Shown piece by piece: positions 1-8,320 of a DNA stretch of 64,000 nucleotides. Origin of the DNA: an uncultured Flavobacteriaceae bacterium (GTDB lineage Bacteria; Bacteroidota; Bacteroidia; NS11-12g; UBA955); assembly GCA_964586595.1 (NCBI GenBank), contig CAZPHB010000010.1, positions 3,995 through 67,994 of the forward strand, in the 5' to 3' direction. The position numbers and the translations under genes were made by a program. The notes under the pieces were generated by a model. It saw nothing but the letters and a program-made list of their open reading frames with translations. It did not search any database and had not been told where the DNA came from. The stretch's first letter is position 1. Every line of letters starts with the position of its first letter.

Positions 1-105
1 CGGCAGCCACTTCCAATCAATGGAACGGATTGCGCAGTACCTGGAAGTTCGGCTTCAGCACCTACGACCGCTTCACGAACCAGTGGAACTGATGGGCCCT
101 GAGAA

Positions 106-690
106 TTACTTGCGGATGGCCGCCAGCAACTCTTCGCTCATGGGCGTAACCTTCGAAGGGAAGTAAGCCTCAAGTTTGCCCTCCTCATCTACGAGAAACT
201 TATTAAAGTTCCAGCCCACACTTGCATCCATGGCGCCGTTCAGGCTTTTCTGGGTCAGCCATTGATAAACAGGATGCTGTCCGTCACCGCGCACCTTGAT
301 TTTTTCACTTATTGGAAAGGTAACACCGTAATTCTTCTTGCAAAAAGCACCGATTTCCTCGGCGTTGCCAGACTCTTGCATGCCGAACTGATTGCAAGGA
401 CAACCTATAATCACCAGGCTGTCTTTCATCTGCTGATACAAAGCTTCCAAACCTTCGTACTGAGGCGTGTATCCACAGGCGCTTGCCGTATTCACAATCA
501 GTACTTTTTTGCCTTTGAACGAAGAAAACAGAATCGTGTCTTTTCCGTCCAGCGACACCATCTTCAGGTCGTAAAAACTCGCGGAAGGTTCTGCACCGTT
601 GGCTGTTACACTTTTACTCTGGCCGCTCATGCAACCTTTAATCATCAACAGCACCGCACCGGATGCCAGGAAATACCAAACTCTTTTCAT
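106..690 (-). CDS. glutathione peroxidase (Cys-type, GPx/BtuE family)
   Basis: ORF 106..702. Has the blocks VLIVNTASACGYTPQY, NQFG and WNFNKFL typical of GPx. N-terminal signal-like segment. Codon at 702 is TTG; first ATG gives MKRVW at 690. Confidence 0.85.
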   Translation of the reverse strand: MKRVWYFLASGAVLLMIKGCMSGQSKSVTANGAEPSASFYDLKMVSLDGKDTILFSSFKGKKVLIVNTASACGYTPQYEGLEALYQQMKDSLVIIGCPCNQFGMQESGNAEEIGAFCKKNYGVTFPISEKIKVRGDGQHPVYQWLTQKSLNGAMDASVGWNFNKFLVDEEGKLEAYFPSKVTPMSEELLAAIRK

Positions 691-764
691 GCCCTTAATC
701 AACCCCTTGAGGTGTTATTTTGTTCATGCCATGTGCGTACAAATAACTAATTTCGGGCTTTGGT

Positions 765-1640
765 ATGAACTTCAATTCCTGGAAGCTTCCTGTGCTCGCA
801 GCCCTGGCGCTGAGTGCTTGTATTGACGAGGAACCGCCCTTCGTCATCCGAAAAATCGAAAAGCCGCTGAGCGATACCGCCTACCTGGTTTCATCCATAC
901 CGGCAGCTCAGGACAAACATATCATGCTGCTCGACATCACCGGCGTGCGTTGCAACAATTGTCCGGAAGCAGCGCTTAAAGCCAAACAGATTTACGATTC
1001 CCGTTCCGGGAAAGTGCAATTGTTGGCAGTGTACTACACCATTCCAGGAGCTTTGATATCTATGCCCTGGAAAGGCGAGGATACGCTGAATAACACCGCT
1101 GCAAACGAGCTGATTGACGCCACGGGCGTTGCCGTTAATTCCATGCCCAACGGCATGGTAGATCAGGCGCTGTTTGGAACTTCACGACTGCTGAGCATTA
1201 ATGAATGGGATGCCCGTGTGAATGAACGTTTGACGGCAACCACACCGGTAAACCTCGATGTGAGCAGCGCGTTTGATGCATCTAAAGGCGAGGCGGTAGT
1301 TACGGTAAAGGTGATTTATACCACAGACAGAAGTACCGAGACCCATCGCTTAACCATCGGACTTTCAGAAGATGGAATTCTGGGCAAGCAAAGCGACAAA
1401 GACACCACCGGAGGTATCCGCTACGGCTATACACACAATCATGTGTTGCGCAGCACGCTCACCGCTGCTTCCGGCGATATTTTACAAGCTTCACTGCAGG
1501 CAGGAAGGGTGTTTGAAAAGCAATTTCGTGTAAAACTGAAGCCACACTGGAAGCCCGAAGAGATGCACGTGTTCGCTTTTGTACAGAATGACGCGGATAA
1601 AACCATCCTGAACTGCCGCGATGCCAAGTTGAAACCCTGA
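765..1640 (+). CDS. Omp28-related thioredoxin-fold outer membrane lipoprotein
   Basis: Lipobox LALSAC at the N-terminus. DITGVRCNNCP CxxC block as in Omp28-related proteins of Bacteroidota. ATG at 765. Confidence 0.5.
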   Translation: MNFNSWKLPVLAALALSACIDEEPPFVIRKIEKPLSDTAYLVSSIPAAQDKHIMLLDITGVRCNNCPEAALKAKQIYDSRSGKVQLLAVYYTIPGALISMPWKGEDTLNNTAANELIDATGVAVNSMPNGMVDQALFGTSRLLSINEWDARVNERLTATTPVNLDVSSAFDASKGEAVVTVKVIYTTDRSTETHRLTIGLSEDGILGKQSDKDTTGGIRYGYTHNHVLRSTLTAASGDILQASLQAGRVFEKQFRVKLKPHWKPEEMHVFAFVQNDADKTILNCRDAKLKP

Positions 1641-1642
1641 AA

Positions 1643-2551
1643 ATGACGCAAACCTGGGAACAAATCCTTGCCGGATTCCAGGCTTATCTTTCCTTAGAGC
1701 GTTCTCTGGCGCTGCATACCCGTGTTTCATATCGTGCCGACGTTGCCAAGCTTAAACAATGGCGGCCTCAATCAGATCCGTGCACGTTTCAGCAGGAAGA
1801 CCTGACCGCGTTCATGGTTTGGATTGGGGAGCTTGGATTTACGCCCGTCTCACAGGCCAGAATTCTGTCCGGCGTGAAGGCGTTCTACCGCTACCTGTTG
1901 CTCAACCGACAAATTACGCTGAATCCTGCGGCCCATTTACGCACCCCGAAAACCGGTCGCAAACTTCCTGTATTTCTCAGTCCTGAGGAAGTGGAGCTGA
2001 TGATACATTCTGTGGACCGCAGCAAGCCTTTCGGCGAGCGTGATGCGGCTATTTTGGAAGTGCTGTTTTCCTGTGGCTTGCGGGTTTCTGAATTGACCGG
2101 TTTAAAAATGCAGGATGTTTTTGCGGAAGAAACACTGCTTCGGGTGACAGGCAAGGGGAACAAGCAGCGACTGGTTCCCATTGGCGGCATCGCGCTGAAA
2201 CAGCTTGGTGCTTATTTTCTGGCCGTACGCAATCATCAGGAAATACATCCTGCGCACAAAGATTTTGTGTTTTTAAATCGCTTCGGAAAGCAATTGTCCA
2301 GGGTTTCGGTATTCACCATGATTCGGGATCTGGCAAACCTCTGCGGTATTCAAAAGAGCATCAGTCCGCATACCTTCAGACATTCTTTTGCCACTGCGCT
2401 GGTAGAAGCAGGTGCCGATTTGCGCGCCGTGCAGGAAATGCTGGGCCATGAGAGCATCACCACCACGGAAATATACACCCATCTGGAAACAGATTACCTG
2501 AAAAGCACCATCATGCAGTTTCACCCGGCTTCGAAACGAACGCGTGCCTGA
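1643..2551 (+). CDS. xerD: site-specific tyrosine recombinase XerD
   Basis: 302 aa. Has GLRVSEL, HTFRHSFATAL and LGHESITTTEIYTH (R..HxxR..Y catalytic blocks of the Xer family). Confidence 0.85.
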   Translation: MTQTWEQILAGFQAYLSLERSLALHTRVSYRADVAKLKQWRPQSDPCTFQQEDLTAFMVWIGELGFTPVSQARILSGVKAFYRYLLLNRQITLNPAAHLRTPKTGRKLPVFLSPEEVELMIHSVDRSKPFGERDAAILEVLFSCGLRVSELTGLKMQDVFAEETLLRVTGKGNKQRLVPIGGIALKQLGAYFLAVRNHQEIHPAHKDFVFLNRFGKQLSRVSVFTMIRDLANLCGIQKSISPHTFRHSFATALVEAGADLRAVQEMLGHESITTTEIYTHLETDYLKSTIMQFHPASKRTRA

Positions 2552-3488
2552 AGGTTGGCAGGTATTCGTTGCTGTACCATTGCTGAATGCGGTGGGAAAC
2601 CTGAATGGGTTCGTCTGTTTCCAGGCACAGCACCACTGATTCCTGGTCCAGCCAATTTCCAAATTGCCGCCATACTTCATCACTCATTGTGCCCCAATGT
2701 CCTTGTGCGTCGAACAAGGTAGGGCAGAGCAGTTCCACGGAACGCAGCAGCACATCCAGATTGTTGAATCCTTCATGGCTGAAGCTTTGATGCAACAGCA
2801 CCGCTGAAGCTTCCGGATGCCTGCCTAAGTCCTGATAAGCACGGCAAGTAATATCCATGAACAGTTTAAAATCGGCTTCATATTCATCCAACAGACAGCG
2901 ATGTGCCACAAACAGGTGCATGTATCCGGCCATTACGCCATAGTCTTCGGGTTTGAACAAATTCAAACTGATACCAGCTTTTTCCGCCAGTGGAATTCGT
3001 TTTGGGATGCTGATCCAGGTCGCGTCAATATCGCCATTCAAAAGGTGGGCCCACAGCGATTCTCTCGGGGGTGTGAGGATGCGAAACATGCCAAAGCCTC
3101 CGCTGTTGCGCACCATTTTACGGAGAATGCCGGCTTCAAACCTCGCCAGATGCGCTCCGTAGCGTTTGCCATCCAATTGAGCGGGTTTGGTAATCCCTGA
3201 TCTTTTTAAAGTGGCCAATGCCGTATGGTGTTCCTGTTGGATGGTTCCAATGGCTACCACGTCCATTTCCTGGCGCAGGGTTCTATAGCTCACGATGGCT
3301 TCTGCCGGAGCAATCGCCACATGCACCTGGCCACTTACCAACAACTTCATCTGAGAAGCAAAAGACTCCGGTTCAATAAGTTGAAGGTCCACGCCTGCTT
3401 CCCGATACCAACCGCGCGCCATAGCCAAGTACATGCCCGCATGGAGCACACTCGGCATTCCTTCAAGCGCAACCCGGATGGTTTTCAT
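2511..3488 (-). CDS. NMT1/THI5-like ABC transporter substrate-binding protein
   Basis: ORF 2511..3503; first ATG at 3488 (MKTIRVALEG). Overall resemblance to the NMT1/THI5 periplasmic-binding fold. 41-nt convergent overlap with the xerD 3' end. Confidence 0.55.
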   Translation of the reverse strand: MKTIRVALEGMPSVLHAGMYLAMARGWYREAGVDLQLIEPESFASQMKLLVSGQVHVAIAPAEAIVSYRTLRQEMDVVAIGTIQQEHHTALATLKRSGITKPAQLDGKRYGAHLARFEAGILRKMVRNSGGFGMFRILTPPRESLWAHLLNGDIDATWISIPKRIPLAEKAGISLNLFKPEDYGVMAGYMHLFVAHRCLLDEYEADFKLFMDITCRAYQDLGRHPEASAVLLHQSFSHEGFNNLDVLLRSVELLCPTLFDAQGHWGTMSDEVWRQFGNWLDQESVVLCLETDEPIQVSHRIQQWYSNEYLPTFRHAFVSKPGETA

Positions 3489-3521
3489 TCCACATAGGAA
3501 CAAGCCATCGGCTTTTTGGTT

Positions 3522-6140
3522 TTATCGAATTTTGGTAAGTAATGCTTCCAGTCTGGGTAATTGGACAGGGGCATCCGGATCCTCTTCGCCTGCAAGGGTT
3601 ATTTCGTCCTTCAGTTCCCGGATGGATGTTACTGCCACCTTGCGCCAGGGTTTTTGTGCATCTTCCAGCAACCAGGTTTCGAAGTAGTCAATCAGTTCCA
3701 GCGCATTGTTCGATTTCAGGTAGCCGATGTAGGTAACCATTTCTCTGATCCTGGTGGATTTGGGCACAAATTCGTTGCGCAGCAATTCTTTCAGGTAAGG
3801 AGCTTCTGAATTTTCTGGCAGCAGTTCATACAACCTTCGCGTCCAGGCTAATGCTATTTCCGGATAAGGATTCATCATACCGGCGCGGGCATACCGCACC
3901 GCGGTGGCGCTGTCTTTGATGGCCTCAATGCCGGCCAGCGACAAGGCAATGCTTGAATCCTGAGTGAGTGCGATAAACAGCGGGTCGAACGAGGCTTCCG
4001 GCTCGTAGAACGTTGCGCAGCGGCTCAGCCAATGAACGGCTGCGACACGGGTGTTGCGCACCGGATCGTTAAATGCCAGTTCTTTCACCCTGGGAAGCAA
4101 TAAATCAATGATGGCCTTTTGGTTGTGACTTACGTTCAGACTGTATTCCAGCGCGTTGGCGCGCACCCAGGCATTGCGGTCTTTCAGTCCTGTAAGGAAA
4201 AATGAAGGCAGCAGGGCCGTGTCGGCTTCGTCAAAATCTTCTATGGAAACCTGTTCGATGGCAGCCACGCGCATCCACGCATCAGGAGCATAACGCAAAC
4301 GATCGAACAGCGGAGACAGTCCAAGGAGTGAAGCAGAGTCTGCCGGCCTTACAGGCGTGATGTCAATCAATGCCGGAAGGTGACCGTCGCCATCAGCAAT
4401 CCACCAGTCGGGTTTTTCTTCCAGTGGGATTTTAAATTCAAAGTTTCCGCTGCTGTTCAGGTGCTCACGATCCAGCATCAGCGCGTGTTTTTGAATCTTG
4501 GAACCATTGCCTGTCCATACCGAAAGAGGCATTTTAAATCCTTCCTCGGACGTTACATCGTCGCCATGCAGGGAAAAGCTGAGCGACAGGTGTTGTTCCT
4601 CCGGAACATAAATCGCGTACGCCTGAAGGCGGAAGTTGCTTGGGTTCAGATACCACAGATCAAAAAACCAGTGCAGGTCTTCGCCGCTCACAGCTTCATA
4701 GGCCATCCTGAGGTCATCCACTTCGGCGGTGCCATAAGCGTGCTGTGTGAGGTAGCGCTTCATTCCGGAAAAGAAGAGTTCATCACCCAGATATCCGCGC
4801 AGGTGATGCAGGATCAAAGCGCCCTTCTGGTAGCTGTTCGCATTGAACATGGCGTTGGGGTTTCGATAGAAGTAGTTCACCACCGCAGCCTTTTCATCAC
4901 CCAACATATGGGCATACCATGACTGAATACGCCACTGTTCGAGCAGTTCGTCGGCGTAATCCTTTCCGTATTTATGTTCCCGCCACAGATATTCTCCGTA
5001 AGTGGCAAAACCTTCATTCAGCACCAGGTTGGCCCAGCTTTCGCAGGTCACCAAATCGCCAAACCAATGGTGGAATAGTTCGTGTGAGATGTAATCTTCT
5101 TCAGTGTTGTCGAGGTGTTTCCGTTCATCGTGCTGCAGGCGCATGTTGTGCACCACGGCGCCGGTATTTTCCATGGCACCGCTCACAAAATCACGCACCA
5201 CCACCTGATCAAATTTCTCCCAGGGATATTCCACGCCGGTGATTTTTCCGAAGAAGTCAATCATTTCCGGAGTGTTGCCAAAAACCATGTTCGCATAACG
5301 TGCATATTCAGGCTCGGTGTAATAACGAACCGGAAGTTCTTCGCTGCGCGCATCTTCGGTGATGTTCCATTTGCCGATGGCAACCATGGCCAGGTACGGG
5401 GCGTGGGGTTGTTCCTGTTGCCAGACATCCGTGCGTGTTCCATCGCCATTTTTGGTGCTGTACACAAGGCTTCCGTTTGAAAGGCTCACCAAGGTATCGG
5501 GGAACCGAAAGCTGAACCATTGGGTTGTTTTTTGGTTTGGCGCATCCAAGGTGGGAAACCAATGGCTGTTGCTTTCTGTTTCGCCTTGCGTCCACACCTG
5601 TGTAGGCACATCCGGGTCTTCGCCATGCGGGTCAATGAAGTAAATTCCCTGATCCGAGGTGATGGCATCCCAGGGTTTCGTGGCGTCTGATTTTGGCAGT
5701 GTACGGTAGCGAAGCTCCAGCGTTACGGTATCGCCGGTGCGCACAGGTTCCTGGAAATACACCGTGCATTTGGTGGTATCGTTGTTTTGGCGATATACCA
5801 ATGGGCGTGGAGGGTTTGTGTTCAGGTACACGCCTTCAATGACCATTTCCTTTGCATCCAGCACCAGCGAATCGCGCGTTTTGGCAAAGGCGCTGAGGCG
5901 TAGCATTGCTGTTCCGCTCACGCGCGTTCCCGGGATGTCCACATCCAGCTCGAGGCGGGTGTGCACCAGATTCCAGTACCGTGTGGCACTGGGTTTAAAG
6001 GTTTCAGATCCTGCCGGAACATCTTCGAGGTACGCTTCGTCGATTTCCGGAAAGGCATAATCCTGTTCCTGCTTTTTGAATAAACTACAGGAATGCAGGA
6101 GTAGCAGTGCCAGGATGCCGGGCAGGATGCGGATATTCAT
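3522..6140 (-). CDS. pepN: M1 family aminopeptidase (aminopeptidase N-like) with C-terminal helical-repeat region
   Basis: GAMEN exopeptidase motif and HELFHHWFGD...E zinc site (HEXXH-18-E). Signal/lipobox LLLHSCS. ATG at 6138-6140. Confidence 0.9.
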   Translation of the reverse strand: MNIRILPGILALLLLHSCSLFKKQEQDYAFPEIDEAYLEDVPAGSETFKPSATRYWNLVHTRLELDVDIPGTRVSGTAMLRLSAFAKTRDSLVLDAKEMVIEGVYLNTNPPRPLVYRQNNDTTKCTVYFQEPVRTGDTVTLELRYRTLPKSDATKPWDAITSDQGIYFIDPHGEDPDVPTQVWTQGETESNSHWFPTLDAPNQKTTQWFSFRFPDTLVSLSNGSLVYSTKNGDGTRTDVWQQEQPHAPYLAMVAIGKWNITEDARSEELPVRYYTEPEYARYANMVFGNTPEMIDFFGKITGVEYPWEKFDQVVVRDFVSGAMENTGAVVHNMRLQHDERKHLDNTEEDYISHELFHHWFGDLVTCESWANLVLNEGFATYGEYLWREHKYGKDYADELLEQWRIQSWYAHMLGDEKAAVVNYFYRNPNAMFNANSYQKGALILHHLRGYLGDELFFSGMKRYLTQHAYGTAEVDDLRMAYEAVSGEDLHWFFDLWYLNPSNFRLQAYAIYVPEEQHLSLSFSLHGDDVTSEEGFKMPLSVWTGNGSKIQKHALMLDREHLNSSGNFEFKIPLEEKPDWWIADGDGHLPALIDITPVRPADSASLLGLSPLFDRLRYAPDAWMRVAAIEQVSIEDFDEADTALLPSFFLTGLKDRNAWVRANALEYSLNVSHNQKAIIDLLLPRVKELAFNDPVRNTRVAAVHWLSRCATFYEPEASFDPLFIALTQDSSIALSLAGIEAIKDSATAVRYARAGMMNPYPEIALAWTRRLYELLPENSEAPYLKELLRNEFVPKSTRIREMVTYIGYLKSNNALELIDYFETWLLEDAQKPWRKVAVTSIRELKDEITLAGEEDPDAPVQLPRLEALLTKIR

Positions 6141-7048
6141 CAGAATCTGGACAATTGCTCGAAGCGGCCTACGCGGTCGGCAAGTTCCTGTTCGGTAACT
6201 TCCAGCAAACGTTCCGGGCCAAACTTTTCTACACAGAAACTCGCCAGGGCGCTGCCGTGTACGATGGCCTTGCGCATGGTGTCAAAATCTGTTTTTCCGT
6301 GACGGGCGATGTAACCGATAAAGCCACCCGCGAAGGTGTCACCCGCGCCGGTAGGATCGAATACTTCTTCCAGTGGAAGCGCAGGACAAAAGAAGATGTC
6401 ATCACCATGAAACAGCAGGGCGCCATGTTCTCCTTTTTTAATCACAAGAATGCGCGGGCCCATATTTCGGATCACTTTAGCGGCTTTCACCAGCGAGTAT
6501 TCACCCGACAGCTGACGTGCTTCTTCGTCGTTGATGGTAAGCACATCGGTGAGGGTCAGCGTGTGGCGAAGGTCGTCCATGGCGCTTTCCATCCAGAAGT
6601 TCATGGTGTCCATCACCACCAGTTCCGGCTTTTGGTTCAGCCTTTCAATAACCGTGCTTTGCACTTTGGGACTGAGGTTGCCCAACATGATGTATCGGCT
6701 GTTTTGGTAGCTTTCCGGAAGAATAGGGTCGAAGCTGCCCAGCACATTCAGTTCGGTGGCGAGGGTGTCGCGGGTATTCATGTCGAGGTGATAACGGCCT
6801 TTCCAATAGAAAGATTTTTCACCTTGTTTCACCTGAAGCCCGGAGGTGTTCACGCCACGATTCTTGAGTGTTTCAACAAATGGTTGCGGGAAATCTTCGC
6901 CCACCACGGCCACCAGATTCACGTGTTCATGGAGCAGGGAAGAAGCCAGGCTGATGTAAGAAGCGGCGCCGCCAACAATGCGGTCGGTACTGCCAAAGGG
7001 AGTTTCGATGCCGTCGAAGGCCATGCTCCCAACTACGAGTATTGACAT
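6140..7048 (-). CDS. PfkB-family carbohydrate/nucleoside kinase
   Basis: DPTGAGDTFAGGF anion-hole motif near the C-terminus. Best start is MSILVVGS at 7048. The upstream part of ORF 6140..7171 is AT-rich promoter DNA. Confidence 0.8.
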   Translation of the reverse strand: MSILVVGSMAFDGIETPFGSTDRIVGGAASYISLASSLLHEHVNLVAVVGEDFPQPFVETLKNRGVNTSGLQVKQGEKSFYWKGRYHLDMNTRDTLATELNVLGSFDPILPESYQNSRYIMLGNLSPKVQSTVIERLNQKPELVVMDTMNFWMESAMDDLRHTLTLTDVLTINDEEARQLSGEYSLVKAAKVIRNMGPRILVIKKGEHGALLFHGDDIFFCPALPLEEVFDPTGAGDTFAGGFIGYIARHGKTDFDTMRKAIVHGSALASFCVEKFGPERLLEVTEQELADRVGRFEQLSRF

Positions 7049-7143
7049 AGGGAACAAAATTCCGGTATTTCCGGCAATCCTGCGCGGCAAACAGCTATTG
7101 CGTAACCATTTTGAAAAAAATTTCTTTTTGAAGAAGAAAATTT

Positions 7144-7151
7144 TATTTTTG
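7144..7151 (+). promoter_or_regulatory. Bacteroidota-type -7 box (TATTTTTG) upstream of tRNA-Asn
   Basis: TATTTTTGCA matches TAnnTTTG, 21 nt upstream of the tRNA 5' end. The same 10-mer precedes tRNA-Phe and the gene at 31133. No well-spaced -33 TTTG. Confidence 0.4.
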
Positions 7152-7171
7152 CAGCCCCTTCTAAGGGACAC

Positions 7172-7245
7172 TCCTCGATAGCTCAGCTGGTTAGAGCGAG
7201 CGGCTGTTAACCGCTAGGTCGTTGGTTCGAGCCCAACTCGGGGAG
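7172..7245 (+). tRNA. tRNA-Asn (anticodon GTT)
   Basis: Cloverleaf read by hand. Acceptor TCCTCGA/TCGGGGA, D arm GCTC-AGCTGGTTA-GAGC, anticodon arm AGCGG-CTGTTAA-CCGCT, T arm GTTGG-TTCGAGC-CCAAC. Confidence 0.93.
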
Positions 7246-7250
7246 CATAA

Positions 7251-7273
7251 GCCACCATACGGTGGCTTTTTTT
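7251..7273 (+). terminator. rho-independent terminator after tRNA-Asn
   Basis: GCCACC-ATAC-GGTGGC hairpin followed by TTTTTTT. Confidence 0.8.
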
Positions 7274-7445
7274 ATGCGTAATGAGTTGGGTGAGCAGTTT
7301 ATCCCGCTGAGGCAGCTGTGCAAGGAAGGAGCATATAAGCGGGGCGCTCAGCCAGGGAAGCTGAAAATAGCATCGGTGTAATTGATTCCGGGCTGCAGCA
7401 TTTTGTATGCGTGCATCGGCCTCACAGAGGCGTATATTGCAATGC

Positions 7446-7871
7446 ATGGAAGTTCGCGAATTGCCATTTAATAAGCTGATTCAACTCTCTAATTCAGATA
7501 AATCCGGGTACGCCTTAATGCTCCAAGGACATGAAATGTACACAAATCATCTGGGAACAGTGCATGCTGCAGCTCAATTTTCGCTGGCTGAAGCCTGCAG
7601 CGCTCAACTTCTAAAGGAGTTATTTCATGCGCATGCCGATGTGTTTATTCCTTTGGTTCGTCAGGTTGCAGTGAAATACCGTAAACCTGCTTTGGGTGAG
7701 GTTTATGGAAAGGCGATCTTGCTGGATACCTGTGTTGATGATGTGGTTGAACAACTTGAACACAGAAACAGAGTGCTTTTTCATGTAATGGTTCAACTTT
7801 TTGACAACGCCGATACGCTGGTGATGCGTGCAGATTTTGAGTGGTTTTTAACGACAAAAGTTCAGGGTTGA
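7446..7871 (+). CDS. hotdog-fold (PaaI/DUF4442-like) thioesterase
   Basis: ATG at 7446 (MEVRELPFNKL). The HLGTVHAAAQFSLAEA block is typical of PaaI-like thioesterases. About 140 aa. Confidence 0.6.
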   Translation: MEVRELPFNKLIQLSNSDKSGYALMLQGHEMYTNHLGTVHAAAQFSLAEACSAQLLKELFHAHADVFIPLVRQVAVKYRKPALGEVYGKAILLDTCVDDVVEQLEHRNRVLFHVMVQLFDNADTLVMRADFEWFLTTKVQG

Positions 7872-7894
7872 ATCAACAGCCTGCAATCGCTGCC

Positions 7895-8149
7895 ATGAAC
7901 GAGTTGTCTGAATTAAAGAATTTTGGTCCCTACATGGTGCGGATCTTAAACCAAATTGGCATCTATTCAAAGAATGATCTGTTGCAGGCCGATTTGAGGG
8001 AAATCTACCACGCGCTGCAAGAGCAGGGCATCAAGCCCCATTTGCTTATTTTTTATTCTATAGAAATGGGACTTCAGAACCGAAAGTGGTCGGATATCGG
8101 CGAAGCAGAAAAACGCCGTATTCAGGAGGTTTTGGGTATAAACAAATAG
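7895..8149 (+). CDS. TfoX/Sxy C-terminal domain protein
   Basis: MNELSELKNFGPYMVRILNQIGIYSKNDL... resembles the stand-alone TfoX_C helix-hairpin-helix domain. ATG at 7895. Confidence 0.6.
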   Translation: MNELSELKNFGPYMVRILNQIGIYSKNDLLQADLREIYHALQEQGIKPHLLIFYSIEMGLQNRKWSDIGEAEKRRIQEVLGINK

Positions 8150-8260
8150 TGAAGTCTATGTTCACAACTGTGGTGCTGTAAGTGAAAGCATCCATTGCCC
8201 CCAATGAATTGATGTGGCCCGGGGCCTGTCATAAGCCGCAGTGTGCACATTTTAACGCAT

Positions 8261-8291
8261 AAAAAAACTGCGACCCGTTTCCAGGCCGCAG
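8261..8291 (-). terminator. rho-independent terminator of the 8321..10873 gene
   Basis: Minus strand reads CTGCGGCC-TGGAAAC-GGGTCGCAG followed by TTTTTTT, 30 nt after the stop codon. Confidence 0.75.
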
Positions 8292-8320
8292 TTATTCTTT
8301 AGGATAAAGATTGTATGGTG

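Noticed and set aside
106-690. Possible selenocysteine-type glutathione peroxidase.
   Set aside because: The active-site position is an ordinary Cys codon (ASACGYT). There is no in-frame TGA and no need for a SECIS element.
1643-2551. Tyrosine recombinase as a marker of an integrated element.
   Set aside because: The sequence has the housekeeping XerD layout. The neighbours are core genes of normal GC, and no att-like repeats or phage/ICE genes flank it.
3489-3521. TPP riboswitch upstream of the NMT1/THI5-like gene.
   Set aside because: Only about 33 nt separate it from the upstream pepN stop. This is far too short for a riboswitch aptamer.
6107-7045. Long plus-strand ORF (312 aa) opposite the PfkB kinase. 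Similar long shadow ORFs occur at 20449..21525, 21810..22631, 14999..15757, 39993..41210, 61289..61987 and 19715..20497.
   Set aside because: All lie antisense to ORFs with clear family motifs. They have Arg/Gly/His/Ala-rich or otherwise low-information translations with no motifs, as is typical of shadow frames in roughly 55-60% GC DNA.
7895-8149. TfoX-C domain gene plus dprA (51660..52760) as a competence system.
   Set aside because: The genes are 43 kb apart and each sits among unrelated housekeeping genes. Both are widespread in non-competent Bacteroidota.
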